Below, piece by piece: positions 47,282-57,552 of a DNA stretch of 64,000 nucleotides. Numbering within the stretch: position 1 is the stretch's first letter; each line of letters opens with the position of its first letter. Origin of the DNA: an uncultured Actinomycetes bacterium. Lineage in GTDB: Bacteria; Actinomycetota; Actinomycetes; Streptosporangiales; Streptosporangiaceae. The DNA is taken from the NCBI GenBank assembly GCA_963822825.1, contig CAWGIW010000004.1, forward strand, positions 73,872 through 137,871. The letters run 5' to 3'. Below the pieces are notes generated by a model. The model saw nothing but the letters and a program-made list of their open reading frames with translations. It did not search any database and had not been told where the DNA came from. The position numbers were made by a program, and so were the translations under genes.

Positions 47282-48789
47282 CGCTTCAGCTCCCATCGGG
47301 GGCCATTCGGGGTGTCCTCGATGACCACTCCGGCCGCGTGAAGCTCGTCCCTGATCGCGTCGGCCGTGGCGTACTCGCCTCGCTTACGAGCGGCCTGCCG
47401 CTGCGCCAACGCCACGCTGACCAGCGCGCTGACGACCGGATGCAGGTCGTCATCCGGGCCGCGGGACACCCACGGCTCCGAGAGGGGGTCGAGGCCGAGC
47501 ACGTCCAGCATGGCCCGCACCTCGGCCAGCCTCACCACCGCCCGGTCGGCATCACCCGCGGCGAGCGCGTTGTTGCCGTCGCGGACCGCGTCGTGCACCG
47601 CGGCGAGCGCCTGGGGCACGCCGAGGTCGTCGTCGAGCGCGGCGGAGAACGCTTCCGGGAGCGCGACAGCAGGGGGCGAGCCGACCTCGGCCGACAGTGC
47701 CCTGGCTACCGCCGCGCCTGGTTGGCGCCTCGCGGCGACATCGCCGGTCTCGACCTCGTAGGCGGCGCGCTCCTCGCCTTCACGGGTCTCATATGTGCGC
47801 TGCTCGAACTCCGCCGCGCGGGTGACGAACCCCTCGATCCTGCGGTACGCGGCGCCCGCCTCGGCGAGGGCGTCCGGGGAGTACTCGATCCCCGAGCGGT
47901 AGTGCGCCTGACCCAGGTAGTAACGGAGTTCGACCGGGCGGATCTGGCTCACTATCACGCTCACGAGCAGGGAGTTGCCGAGTGACTTGCTCATCTTCTC
48001 CCCGGCCACCCCGACCAGGCCGTTGTGCATCCAGTACCGGGCGAACCCGTCACCGGCGGACCGGGACTGGGCCAGCTCGTTCTCGTGGTGCGGGAAGATC
48101 AGGTCGATGCCGCCGCCGTGGATGTCGAAGGTCGGGCCCAGGTACTTGGTCGCCATGGCCGAGCATTCCAGGTGCCAGCCGGGGCGGCCGGGTCCCCACG
48201 GCGTGTCCCAGGCCGGCTCACCAGGCTTCGCCGCCTTCCACAGGGCGAAGTCGCGCGGGTCCCGTTTGGCATCGTTGGTCTCTGTGTCGTCGGCCGGCCG
48301 CATGTGCTCGGGCCGCTGACCGGACAGCGCACCGTACTCCGGGTACGAGCTGATGTCGAAGTACACGCCGCCGCCGGCCGGATAGGCGTGACCATTGTCG
48401 ATCAGTCGCCGCATCAGGGCGATCATCTCGGGTACATGCCCGGTCGCCCGGGGTTCGACGTCGGGGGGAAGGCAGCCGAGCACGTCGTAGGCCCGGCTGA
48501 ACGCGCGCTCGTTGCGCTGCGCCACCAGCCACCAGGGCACTCCCTCGGCGGCGGCGGCACCAATGATCTTGTCGTCGATGTCGGTGACATTCCGGCAGAA
48601 CGTGGTCTGGTACCCGGTTGTCCTCAGCCAGCGGACGAGGATGTCGAAAACAACGCCGGACCTGATGTGCCCGATGTGCGGCGGTGCCTGCACTGTGGCG
48701 CCGCACAGGTACAGCCCGACCTTCCCGGCCGCAACCGGGGAGAACTCGCGCACCTGGCGCGCGGCGGTGTCGTAGAAGCGGAGCGTCAC
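47278..48789 (-). CDS. cysS: cysteine--tRNA ligase
   Basis: [16 protein letters not shown], the HIGH box (PPHIGHIRS), the KMSKS box, and [18 protein letters not shown] start at 48789. Confidence 0.95.
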   Translation of the reverse strand: MTLRFYDTAARQVREFSPVAAGKVGLYLCGATVQAPPHIGHIRSGVVFDILVRWLRTTGYQTTFCRNVTDIDDKIIGAAAAEGVPWWLVAQRNERAFSRAYDVLGCLPPDVEPRATGHVPEMIALMRRLIDNGHAYPAGGGVYFDISSYPEYGALSGQRPEHMRPADDTETNDAKRDPRDFALWKAAKPGEPAWDTPWGPGRPGWHLECSAMATKYLGPTFDIHGGGIDLIFPHHENELAQSRSAGDGFARYWMHNGLVGVAGEKMSKSLGNSLLVSVIVSQIRPVELRYYLGQAHYRSGIEYSPDALAEAGAAYRRIEGFVTRAAEFEQRTYETREGEERAAYEVETGDVAARRQPGAAVARALSAEVGSPPAVALPEAFSAALDDDLGVPQALAAVHDAVRDGNNALAAGDADRAVVRLAEVRAMLDVLGLDPLSEPWVSRGPDDDLHPVVSALVSVALAQRQAARKRGEYATADAIRDELHAAGVVIEDTPNGPRWELKR

Positions 48790-49343
48790 GCAGCAAAGGG
48801 TACGGGATAGCGCGGACTGCCACGGCGGGCTCGGCCGGCTAGCCAGTGCACTCGATTGCTTTGCGTCAGCGGCGCTGCGCAACGCTGAAAATAACCGGCC
48901 AACATCTAATTCACGGTGAGTGGCGTGGCCACTCCAGCCGGCGGATCCAACGTGAGCAAGCCGTTCTGCCGATAAGTCGTTTCGACGCCTGTGAAATACG
49001 GCAAAGTCCTGGGGTGTGTCACCGACGGTAGCCACCGATATCCTGACATCATCTTTGTGAACAGCAACTGCCCCGCCGAGCACCAGATCGCCGCCTCTCG
49101 GCAGGTCAGTGGTGCGGAATGACGCGGCGGGAGGAGAGCCTTGGGGCGCCACACCGGCAGCTACGCCGATGACGCCGGATTGCGCGGGGCGGCGGAACGT
49201 TCGTCATTCCGGCGTCTTCTTTCTATCGCCCGGACGCCCGCGGTCACCCGTCGGCCCCCACCGCCGCCCACCGACACAATGGAGGGAGGGAAGCGGCGCT
49301 TCCTCCCCGGCCTCAACGCCGGGGTTTCCGCGCCGCAACCTCG

Positions 49344-50921
49344 ATGAATGAGAATGCCACTACGCCTGGCGGCCGCAGCGCGGACCTCTATCCCGGGCTA
49401 CGGCTGGTGGCTCTCGTCGCCGTGATCACGGGCGTGGTCTTGCTGGCCGCCGCCGCGTTCGTGCTGTCTTATGCGGGAATCCACGCGATCGCCCTGGCCG
49501 CCGGGGTCTCGCCCACCCTCGCCAAGCTGTATCCGCTGATCTTCGACGCCATGTTGGTCGTCGCCTCAGCCGCCGCGCTGGCGCTGCGCGGCGGGGGGTG
49601 GTGGACCAAGCTGTACGCGTGGCTGTCGCTCCTGGTCCTGCTGGCGGCCGCGTCCGCCGCGGACGCGATCCACGCCATGGGCGTCACCCTGCCCCGCCGG
49701 CCAACGGCGGCGGTGGTGGCGGTCACGCCGTGGGTGCTGCTGCTGATCGGGTTCGGGCTGTGGCTTGCCCTGCTGCGGCATCTCCGGGCCTCCCGGGCCG
49801 GGGGCCGGAGGCGCGGGAACGGGAGAGATCTGCCCGCCGCGGGGGCGCCCCACGGGACGTCCGCCGCCCCGCAGCCAGCCGTCGCCCGGCAGCCAGCGAC
49901 CGCCCCGCAGCTGACCGTCGCCCGGCAGCCGGCGGTCGCCCCGCCGCAGAGGCCGGCTGCGACGCAGCCAACGGCCGCCCCGCCGACGGCCACCGCCCCG
50001 CAGCCAACGGCCGTCCCGCGGCCAGCGACCGACCCGCCGACGCCCCCCCGGCCAGACGCGGCGAACCCGCCGCGCCGGGCGACTGAGGCGGTGCTCGCGC
50101 CAGAAACCACGGGTGCCGCGGCGCCCGTGGTCCCGGTCGCGGCCGGTGGCGCGGCGAGCCCGGCGGCCGAGACGGCCGTGCCCACGGGGGGATCCGGGAT
50201 CATCGCCGACGCTGGCCAGGCCACCACCGCCCGGCACGCCAAGGAATCCGCACATGCTGGCCCGAAGGCCACGGTCAGCGGCCTGGCCACGTTCACCGCG
50301 CGGGTCACTGAGGACACAGACGCCGCGGGCTCCGTGGATGCTGACCGCACCAGCGATCCCATCACCTCGGAGACGGGGGCTGCGCACCCGGCCGGTGCCG
50401 ACGGCTCGGTCAGCGCCGGCCAGGCCGGCGAATCCAAGGGCACCGCGGCCGCCGACGACCCCGCACACACCGGCCAGGCCGGCGAATCCAAGGGCACCGC
50501 GGCCGCCGGCACCGCCGACGACTCCGCACACACCGGCCAATCCAAGGGCACCGCCGCCGCCGGCCTGGCCGATGACTCCGCACGTACCGGTGAGGCCGGA
50601 GGACCAGGAGACGCCGAGGACGCCGAGCTGGCTCTCGACGCGGAGCCAGGCATGGACGACCCGACCAGCGATGAAGCCCACCCGGCTGGTGGGGCCGAGC
50701 CGGGTGATGGGGGTGAGCCGGGTGATGGGGCCGCCGGCAGCCCGGCCGCCGAGCCCGGGAGCGACCGCGCCGAATCAATCGGCGGCCAAGCCGGCCAGCA
50801 CGGGCCCGCGCCCGTCCCGCAGCAGCCGCTGCCAGCACCCGTGCCAGCGCCTTCGCCGCATTTCGACCGGATGCGAAGTACCCCGACACCACCTGGGGAA
50901 GAGCCAGAGCAGGAGGCATGA
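49344..50921 (+). CDS. DUF2637 domain membrane protein with long Ala/Pro/Thr-rich repetitive tail
   Basis: The N-terminal ~150 aa contain 4 TM helices (VLSYAGIHAIALAAGVSPTLAKLYPLIFDAMLVVASAAAL). The tail contains HTGQAGESKGTAAA repeats (DNA repeats ~50415-50590). Confidence 0.7.
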   Translation: MNENATTPGGRSADLYPGLRLVALVAVITGVVLLAAAAFVLSYAGIHAIALAAGVSPTLAKLYPLIFDAMLVVASAAALALRGGGWWTKLYAWLSLLVLLAAASAADAIHAMGVTLPRRPTAAVVAVTPWVLLLIGFGLWLALLRHLRASRAGGRRRGNGRDLPAAGAPHGTSAAPQPAVARQPATAPQLTVARQPAVAPPQRPAATQPTAAPPTATAPQPTAVPRPATDPPTPPRPDAANPPRRATEAVLAPETTGAAAPVVPVAAGGAASPAAETAVPTGGSGIIADAGQATTARHAKESAHAGPKATVSGLATFTARVTEDTDAAGSVDADRTSDPITSETGAAHPAGADGSVSAGQAGESKGTAAADDPAHTGQAGESKGTAAAGTADDSAHTGQSKGTAAAGLADDSARTGEAGGPGDAEDAELALDAEPGMDDPTSDEAHPAGGAEPGDGGEPGDGAAGSPAAEPGSDRAESIGGQAGQHGPAPVPQQPLPAPVPAPSPHFDRMRSTPTPPGEEPEQEA

Positions 50922-51554
50922 TGCCGCACACATCAGACATGGTCGAGATCGCGTCTGAGGCCGAACTCCGTCAGTTGCTCGGGACGCCCAGCCGGCGCGC
51001 GGCCACCAAAACCCGGCCCGTGCTGCGCCAGATGGACCGGGAGTGGCTGGCCGCTTCCCCGTTCTGCCTGATCGCGACCGCGGGCGCGGATGGCACCTGC
51101 GATGTCTCGCCGAAAGGTGACCCACCCGGCTTTACCTGCGTCATCGACGATTCTACGATCGCGATCCCGGATCGTCCCGGCAACCAGCGCGCGGACGGGT
51201 TCCGCAACGTGCTCAGCAACCCGCACGTCGGCCTGGTGTTCGTGGTGCCGGGGCGCGGGGACACGCTGCGCATCAACGGGAGTGCCCGGCTGATCCGCGA
51301 GGCGCCATTCTTCGACGACATGATCGTGAAAGGCCACCGGCCAGGCGTTGGCCCTCCTGGTCGAGATCGAGCAGGTCTTCTTCCACTGCGCCAAAGCCTT
51401 CATGCGCTCACAACTGTGGCACCCGGAGACGTGGAACCCGACGATGCTGCCGTCGGTCGCCTGCATCGTCAAGAGCATCCAGGACACCGAGGAGACGCTG
51501 GAGGAACTCGAGCACTACTACGGCCCGGACTACGCCAAGCGGCTCTATCGCTGA
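50918..51554 (+). pseudogene. pyridoxamine 5'-phosphate oxidase-family (FMN-binding split barrel) protein with a 1-bp insertion near 51344
   Basis: ...ASPFCLIATAGADGTCDVSPKGD...NPHVGLVFVVPGRGDTLRINGSARL...MIVKGHRP, then [28 protein letters not shown] in the next frame. An ATGA overlap links it to the DUF2637 stop. Confidence 0.75.
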
Positions 51555-51609
51555 CCCGATCTGGCCGGTGATCGGGTCTGGGCGCTGACCGCTGATCAAC
51601 AGGCCTAAG

Positions 51610-52129
51610 TCAGCCGCGGGGGGACCGGCCGACGCAGGATCGGCCGGCCGCATCCGGACCACGAGGGCGGTAGCGATGGCGGCGAGGCCTTCTCCCCGCC
51701 CGATGAGGCCGAGGCCATCCGTAGTGGTTGCGGACAGGTTCACGGCCACACCGCCCAGCGCCTCGGCGAGCACCTTCTCCGCCTCGTGGCGGCGCGGGGC
51801 GAGGCGCGGGCGTTCCCCGATGACCTGGATAGCTACGTTGCCGACGATGAACCCGGCACCAGCCAGGAGCGCGGCGGTCTCGCGCAGCAGCGCTGTGCCC
51901 GGTGCGCCCGCCCACCGCGGCTCGGCCGTGCCGAAGTGGGTGCCAAGGTCACCAAGCCCGGCGGCCGACAGCAGAGCATCGCAGGCCGCATGGGCGGCCA
52001 CGTCACCATCGGAATGGCCAACCAGGCCCTCTTCACCAGGCCAGAAGAGACCCGCCAGGTAGAGCGCCCGCCCGGCCCGAAAGGGTGAACGTCGACGCCG
52101 ACGCCTACCCTGGGCAGTTCTTGGGGCAC
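51610..52129 (-). pseudogene. ispF: 2-C-methyl-D-erythritol 2,4-cyclodiphosphate synthase with apparent frameshifts (~52065-52079, and G6 run 51618-51623)
   Basis: [15 protein letters not shown] lies in one frame. ([23 protein letters not shown])[23 protein letters not shown]...[23 protein letters not shown] lies in another. A +/-1 change in the G6 run gives a stop at 51610 or 51605 instead of a 70-aa read-through. Confidence 0.85.
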
Positions 52130-52147
52130 GTACGTCTGGGGGCAGTG

Positions 52148-52630
52148 TCAGGAGGCGAGGATCTCGTCAAGCAGCGCCTCAGCCTTGTCCTCGTTGGTCT
52201 TCTCGGCCAGCGCCAGCTCGCTGACGAGGATCTGCCGCGCCTTGGCCAGCATCCGCTTCTCGCCAGCGGACAGGCCGCGCTCTCGGTCCCGGCGCCACAG
52301 GTCGCGGACGACCTCAGCCACCTTGTTCACGTCACCAGAGGCCAGCTTCTCGAGGTTGGCTTTGTACCGGCGCGACCAGTTGGTCGGCTCCTCGGTGTGC
52401 GGGGCACGAAGCACCTCGAACACACGCTCAAGCCCTTCCTGACCAACGACGTCCCGGACACCGACCAGCTCGGCATTGTCCGCGGGAACGCGTACAGTCA
52501 GGTCACCCTTGTCAACCTTGAGGACCAGATAGGTCTTATCCTGGCCCTTGATCGAACGGGTCTCGATCTCTTCGATGCGAGCAGCCCCATGGTGGGGGTA
52601 GACGACGGTGTCGCCGACCTTGAAAGTCAT
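52148..52630 (-). CDS. carD: CarD-family RNA polymerase-binding transcriptional regulator
   Basis: [39 protein letters not shown]... over 160 aa. A GGAAGGGG lies 10 nt upstream of the ATG at 52630. Confidence 0.95.
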   Translation of the reverse strand: MTFKVGDTVVYPHHGAARIEEIETRSIKGQDKTYLVLKVDKGDLTVRVPADNAELVGVRDVVGQEGLERVFEVLRAPHTEEPTNWSRRYKANLEKLASGDVNKVAEVVRDLWRRDRERGLSAGEKRMLAKARQILVSELALAEKTNEDKAEALLDEILAS

Positions 52631-52954
52631 GTGGCACATACCCCTTCCGCTGTAGCAATGCTACCACGCCAAACAGGCGGCAATACCCACCGTTGACGAT
52701 AAACGCGCAGGTCAAGGGCCTCTTTTGTGGCCTCTAAAGTGCTCACGCGGGCGGCCGACGGGCCGGACCTGGCGTCTTTCGGCCGCGGATCTCATGGTCA
52801 GCGGCCTAGCGGACCGCGGCCGAGCACCCCGGCGACGGCCTCCGGGCCGCCCCGGGGACGTCGCTCAGCCACCTCGAAGACCATGGAGGATGGGGGCTTC
52901 GGTGACTTCAGGCCCCCAGGCACATACTTGAGGCAAAGACGTCACGCCGGAGAG

Positions 52955-53811
52955 ATGCACGTGAACATTGGCGGGAACCCGGACCGGGATGACTATGACC
53001 TGCCAGCCGTGGACATCGAGATCCCGGACGATGCCCGGGAGCTCGACCGTGACGTGCAGGCGTATCGCCGTGAGCTCGCGCGCGGCGCACGGCGGCGGCT
53101 GGCGCGGCGGCTGCTGCGGGACCGCTCACCCGTGGGGGCATGGTGCTCCCGCTGCTCGCCAGCTGCCTCGCGCTGACCCTTCTGGCCGGGTCACTCTCAC
53201 GATGTTCAGCGCTGGCCGCGGTCTCCAGGAGCCTGCTCAGCCGACCGCCATGGCCACGGCCGGACCTCCGACGCCCGCGCCAGCCCACGTCGGCGCCCTG
53301 CTTCCGGCCACTGCGGCCCGGGTTGAACGGCAGGCCGGCGCAGCTGCGGATGCTGGCCCCCGCCGTGCTGGCCCTGATCCCTTCCGTGTGCCGCTGCGTG
53401 ACCGCGTTGCGGCAGCTCAGCGCGCAGGCGGGCATCGCCGGCGTCCCGGTCTACCTCGTGGGAGCCAGCGGCTGGATGCCTGAGGTAACCACGCTGGCCG
53501 CCCAGACCAGCGGGAGGGCCGCGCATGTCGTCGACGACGCGGCCGACGTGCTCGGCTCGGTGTACCACCGCGCCGGGCTGACCGTGATCCTGGTCTACAC
53601 CAACGGCCTGGTCAGCGCGGTGCGGCGCGACCTTAGGCCGGGCGTTCAGCTGACCAGCAGCCTGCGGGCGCTCAGGTCCCCCAGGCCGCCGGGCATGGCC
53701 TCCTCGCCGGGCATGGCCTCCTCGCCGGGCATCGTCTCCCCGCTGGGCATCGTCTCCCCGCCGGGCATGGTTTCCTCGCCGCGCGTGACCTCCTCGCCGC
53801 GGGCGGCCTGA
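52955..53811 (+). pseudogene. conserved hypothetical membrane protein, fragmented over three frames
   Basis: MHVNIGGNPDRDDYDLPAVDIEIPDDARELDRDVQAYRREL..., then VLPLLASCLALTLLAGSL (TM), then LTMFSAGRG...LLPATAARV, then PAQLRMLAPAVLALIPSVCRCVTALRQL...VYLVG.... The pieces lie in different frames and the joins are inferred. A GGAGAG RBS is present. Confidence 0.45.
53689..53796. repeat. 18-bp tandem repeat x6 (CCGGGCATGGCCTCCTCG-like) encoding (PGMASS)n at the 3' end of the fragmented gene
   Basis: Copies occupy 53689-53706, 53707-53724, 53725-53742, 53743-53760, 53761-53778 and 53779-53796 (the last is degenerate). Confidence 0.85.
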
Positions 53812-53902
53812 CCGCGTGGGCCGGTGAAGGCTCGGGCCGCCGGCCGATACGCTGTGCGGCAATCCAGGTGGACCTCATCCAATCTCCCGAGGAGAGCACA
53901 CC

Positions 53903-54558
53903 GTGATCCTCCATGGCCGCAGCTCAACTGCGCTGCGACGGGCCGCCATCGCCGGGGTGGCAGCACTCGTTCCCGTCCTCGCCGGGTGCGAGGCCGGGAA
54001 CAACGCGCCGACGGACCAATGGCACCAGCCGACCACGGGTGCTTCTGCGACGCTCGACTCCGGCCGGTCGGGGCAGATCGCGATCCGCAACGTGTTCGTG
54101 CTCGGTGCGTCTGCGGACGACAGGTCACTCCCAGCCGGAAGTTCCGCAGGGCTCTATTTCGCCCTCGTCAACACCGGCGCCCTGGACCGGCTGGTCAGCG
54201 TGTCGGCGCCGGGCGCCGCCAGGTCGGTGCGGCTGCCGGGCAACGGGGTGACGCTGCGGGTTGGCCAGCCGGTCATGCTGACCGGTCCGGCACCCGGGGT
54301 CGTCCTGGATGGCCTCGTCCGGAGCCTGACCGGCGGCCAGTACATCCGGGTGACCATGGACTTCCGGAGAGCGGGCAAGGTCACGCTGACCGTTCCGGTG
54401 ATGCCGCGGACCAGCTACTACGCGACGTTCTCGCCCGCGCCGGCCGTGCCTACGGCCACGCCCAAGGCGTCCCCGACCGCCAAGGCGACCCCCAAGGCCA
54501 AGGCGTCCGGCCGGCCACGGCCTCACCCTCGGCCACCCCATCACCCTCGGCCACGTAG
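53903..54558 (+). pseudogene. lipoprotein (LpqE-like position next to carD), apparent frameshift near 54505-54515
   Basis: The lipobox is VLAGC. The mature domain reads ...IAIRNVFVLGASADD...YFALVNTGALDRLVSVSAPGA.... The in-frame ORF runs 1 kb antisense through regX3. Shifting frame at tccggccggcc gives ...KAKASG-PATASPSATPSPSAT and a stop at 54556. Confidence 0.6.
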
Positions 54559-54640
54559 CCTCGGCCACGTGGCGACGGCCACCTCACAGCGAACCACATC
54601 GTGGCGGCGAGGGCAGCAGCGGACGGCAGCAGGTGGAGCC

Positions 54641-55327
54641 TCAGCCGACGGGCTCGAACTTGTAACCGAGGCCGCGCACCGTGATGATGTGCCGCGGGTT
54701 GCCTGGATCGACCTCCGCCTTCGCGCGAAGCCGCTTGATATGGACATCAAGGGTCTTGGTGTCACCGACGTAGTCCGCGCCCCAGACCCGGTCGATGAGC
54801 TGCATCCGGGTCAGCACCCGCCCGGCGTTGCGCAGCAGGACCTCAAGAAGCTCGAACTCCTTGAGCGGCAACTGAACCTGCTCACCACGTACTGTCACCA
54901 CGTGCCGGTCCACGTCCATCCGGACCGGCCCGGACTCCAGCGTGGCGATCCCCTGCTCCTCGGGCTCGCCCCGGCGGCGGAGCACCGCCCGCATCCGGGC
55001 GACGAGCTCGCGGGAGGAGAAGGGCTTGGTCACATAGTCGTCCGCGCCCAGTTCCAGGCCGACGACCTTGTCGATCTCACTGTCCTTCGCGGTCAGCATG
55101 ATCACTGGGACACTCGACCGTTCGCGCAGCGTCCGGCAGACCTCGCTCCCGGGCAGCCCGGGCAGCATGAGATCCAGCAGGACCAGATCCGCTCCGTCCC
55201 GGTCAAAGGTCTCGATCGCGTCGGGACCAGTCGGGCAGACCGCGACTTCGAAACCCTCCTTGCGCAGCATGTAGGAGAGCGCGTCACTGAACGATTCTTC
55301 GTCTTCGACCACGAGCACGCGGGTCAC
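54641..55327 (-). CDS. regX3: OmpR/PhoB-family response regulator (RegX3-like)
   Basis: VLVVEDEESFSDALSYMLRKEGFEV...DLVLLDLMLPG...MLTAKD, plus a winged-helix C-terminus ...VHIKRLRAKAE...ITVRGLGYKFE. Synteny is gpm-senX3-regX3. The start is a GTGA overlap. Confidence 0.85.
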   Translation of the reverse strand: MTRVLVVEDEESFSDALSYMLRKEGFEVAVCPTGPDAIETFDRDGADLVLLDLMLPGLPGSEVCRTLRERSSVPVIMLTAKDSEIDKVVGLELGADDYVTKPFSSRELVARMRAVLRRRGEPEEQGIATLESGPVRMDVDRHVVTVRGEQVQLPLKEFELLEVLLRNAGRVLTRMQLIDRVWGADYVGDTKTLDVHIKRLRAKAEVDPGNPRHIITVRGLGYKFEPVG

Positions 55328-56469
55328 TTCACAGCCTCCCAGGCAGGTTGTGCAGCAGATGACGGGGGACCCGGCGCCGCGGTGCGGGCGCGAGTCGTGA
55401 CAGGGAGCCGCAGGGTGAACGTAGATCCTGCGCCTTCCTTGCTCCAGACCTTGATCTCGCCGCCGTGGGCGGCGGTCACATGCTTCACGATGGCCAGCCC
55501 CAGCCCGGTTCCACCGGTGGCGCGGGACCGCGCCGGGTCGACCCGGTAGAAGCGCTCGAAGATCCGCTCCAGGTCCCGTTGCGGAATCCCGATCCCCTGA
55601 TCCGCGACGCTGACTTCGGCGGTGTCGTCGCCGACCCGTCTCGTGCTGACCACCACGCGCGTCTGCTCCGGGCTGTAGGCGACAGCGTTCTCCAGAAGGT
55701 TGCGCAGCGCGTTGACCAGGAGGTCCTCATCGCCCATCACGACCAGCCCGGGATCTGTGGTCGCGGCGAGCTCGATGCCGTGCGCGTTGGCCTTCATCCG
55801 GCACCTGTCCAGCGCCTCGGCGACCACGATGGCCAGCTCGACCGGGATCGGGTCGGGGATGGGCTCAGCCGCCTGGATCCGCGACAAGATGATCAGGTCC
55901 TGAGCCAGCTTGGTGAGACGCGTCGCCTCCTGCCGCATCCGCCCAGCGAAGCGGCGGACCGCCTCGGGGTCGTCCGCCGCGTCCTCGACCGTCTCCGCGA
56001 GCAGAGCGAGCGCGCCGATCGGTGTCTTCAGCTCATGGCTCACGTTGGCCACGAAGTCCCGCCGGACCTCCTCCACCCTCCGGCTCTCGGTCTGATCCTC
56101 GGCGAGCAGCAGCACCAGCCCACCGCCGCCGACCGCGGAGCCGAGCGGCGCGACCCGCACCGCGAAGTTTGTCGTCCGGCCGCCGAGCTTGGCCCCGGAG
56201 ACCTCGATCTCGCCTTCCCGGATCTCGCCGTCCCTGCGTACCTGGCGAGCCAGCGCGAGCAGTTCGCCGACCATCAGCCTGTCCCCCTTGACCAGGCCAA
56301 ACGACCGGGCCGCCGCGCTCGCCCGCAGCACGTGATCCTCGCTGTCGATGACCACCGCAGACGAGGAGAGCACCGAGAGGACCGCCGCGATGCCCGCCGG
56401 AAGCCGGGCCGGCTGGCGTCGTTCGGCGTAGGAGGGCTGCGTCTTCACTACCGGCTTACGGATCTTCAT
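55324..56469 (-). CDS. senX3: sensor histidine kinase (SenX3-like)
   Basis: H-box FVANVSHELKTPIGAL, N-box LRNLLENAVAYSP, G-boxes DQGIGIP and GGTGLGLAIVKH. Confidence 0.85.
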   Translation of the reverse strand: MKIRKPVVKTQPSYAERRQPARLPAGIAAVLSVLSSSAVVIDSEDHVLRASAAARSFGLVKGDRLMVGELLALARQVRRDGEIREGEIEVSGAKLGGRTTNFAVRVAPLGSAVGGGGLVLLLAEDQTESRRVEEVRRDFVANVSHELKTPIGALALLAETVEDAADDPEAVRRFAGRMRQEATRLTKLAQDLIILSRIQAAEPIPDPIPVELAIVVAEALDRCRMKANAHGIELAATTDPGLVVMGDEDLLVNALRNLLENAVAYSPEQTRVVVSTRRVGDDTAEVSVADQGIGIPQRDLERIFERFYRVDPARSRATGGTGLGLAIVKHVTAAHGGEIKVWSKEGAGSTFTLRLPVTTRARTAAPGPPSSAAQPAWEAVK

Positions 56470-56728
56470 GCCGCGGCGGCTCCCGTCGCGAGGCGGCGGG
56501 GCGGGCCGATCGACGCGGCCATGATGGCCGCTAGCTGGACGTGCACACTTTGATGGTAGGCGGCGAGCAGCCCGAACGCGCGAGGCCGGTAGCCCATGCG
56601 CGACGCTATTTCCCAGGTATTCATAAATCGGCTAACCACCGGACATGAGCAGTTTGCCCAGATGCAACCGTGTGCGGTGGACGCATCCGGGCAAAAGGGC
56701 GTCGGCTATCCAGACCACCCCATCAGGA

Positions 56729-57472
56729 TCAGCGCCCCTGGGCCCGGACCGCCTCGGCTGCGGCCACGGCGGCCTGCGGGTCAAGATACCGGCCGCCACG
56801 GACCTGCGGCCGGAAATCCGGGCCGATGTCGTAGCAGAGCGGGATTCCGGTCGGGATGTTCAGCTCGGCGATGTCCGCGTCCCCGATCCCGTCCAGGTGC
56901 TTGACCAGGGCGCGCAGCGAATTGCCGTGCGCCACCACGAGCACGGTCTGGCCCGCGGCCAGATCCGGCACGATCGCGTCGTACCAGTACGGCAGCATGC
57001 GGCCCAGGACGTCCTTGAGGCACTCGGTGCGCGGCCGGAGATCGTCGGGCAGCAGCGCGTACCGGGGGTCATGGGCCGCCGACAGCGGGGAGTCGTCGGC
57101 CAGCGGCGGGGGCGGGGTGTCATAGGAGCGCCGCCAGAGCATGAACTGCTCGTCCCCGAACTCCTCGCGGGTCTGGGCCTTGTTCTTGCCCTGGAGCGCG
57201 CCGTAATGCCGCTCGTTGAGCCGCCAGGACCGGCGCACCGGAAGCCAGAGCAAGCCCGCGGCCTCGAGCGTGATGTTGGCGGTCTGGATCGCGCGGGTCA
57301 GCACGGAGGTGTGCACGACGTCGGGCTGTATTCCCGCCTCGCTCAGCAGCGTTCCGCCGCTCTCCGCCTCGCTGGCGCCGCGTTCCGACAGGCCCACATC
57401 CACCCAGCCGGTGAACAGCCCCTCGGCGTTCCACTCACTTTCCCCGTGCCGCAGCAGCACCAGCATCGTCAT
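56729..57472 (-). CDS. gpmA: 2,3-bisphosphoglycerate-dependent phosphoglycerate mutase
   Basis: [32 protein letters not shown]...[17 protein letters not shown]...[12 protein letters not shown]. Confidence 0.95.
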   Translation of the reverse strand: MTMLVLLRHGESEWNAEGLFTGWVDVGLSERGASEAESGGTLLSEAGIQPDVVHTSVLTRAIQTANITLEAAGLLWLPVRRSWRLNERHYGALQGKNKAQTREEFGDEQFMLWRRSYDTPPPPLADDSPLSAAHDPRYALLPDDLRPRTECLKDVLGRMLPYWYDAIVPDLAAGQTVLVVAHGNSLRALVKHLDGIGDADIAELNIPTGIPLCYDIGPDFRPQVRGGRYLDPQAAVAAAEAVRAQGR

Positions 57473-57552
57473 GGACAAGAGCCTAGTGTGGGCAGCCCCC
57501 CGGGCAAACGGGAACACCCCGCGAGGCGGCGTGGTTGATCAGGCGGAGGTGC

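Noticed and set aside
49100-49215. A riboswitch (glycine- or cobalamin-like) in the cysS/DUF2637 intergenic region, suggested by GGAGAG...CACCGG and gccactcc strings.
   Set aside because: The matches are short fragments that do not extend to the conserved cores of these riboswitch classes. Neither flanking gene fits such regulation.
53903-55549. A single 548-aa protein predicted from the lipoprotein start through to 55549.
   Set aside because: The distal ~330 aa are the antisense of the regX3 response-regulator gene. A frame switch at ~54510 gives a compositionally consistent A/T/P/S tail and a stop at 54556, so the long ORF is read-through caused by an indel.
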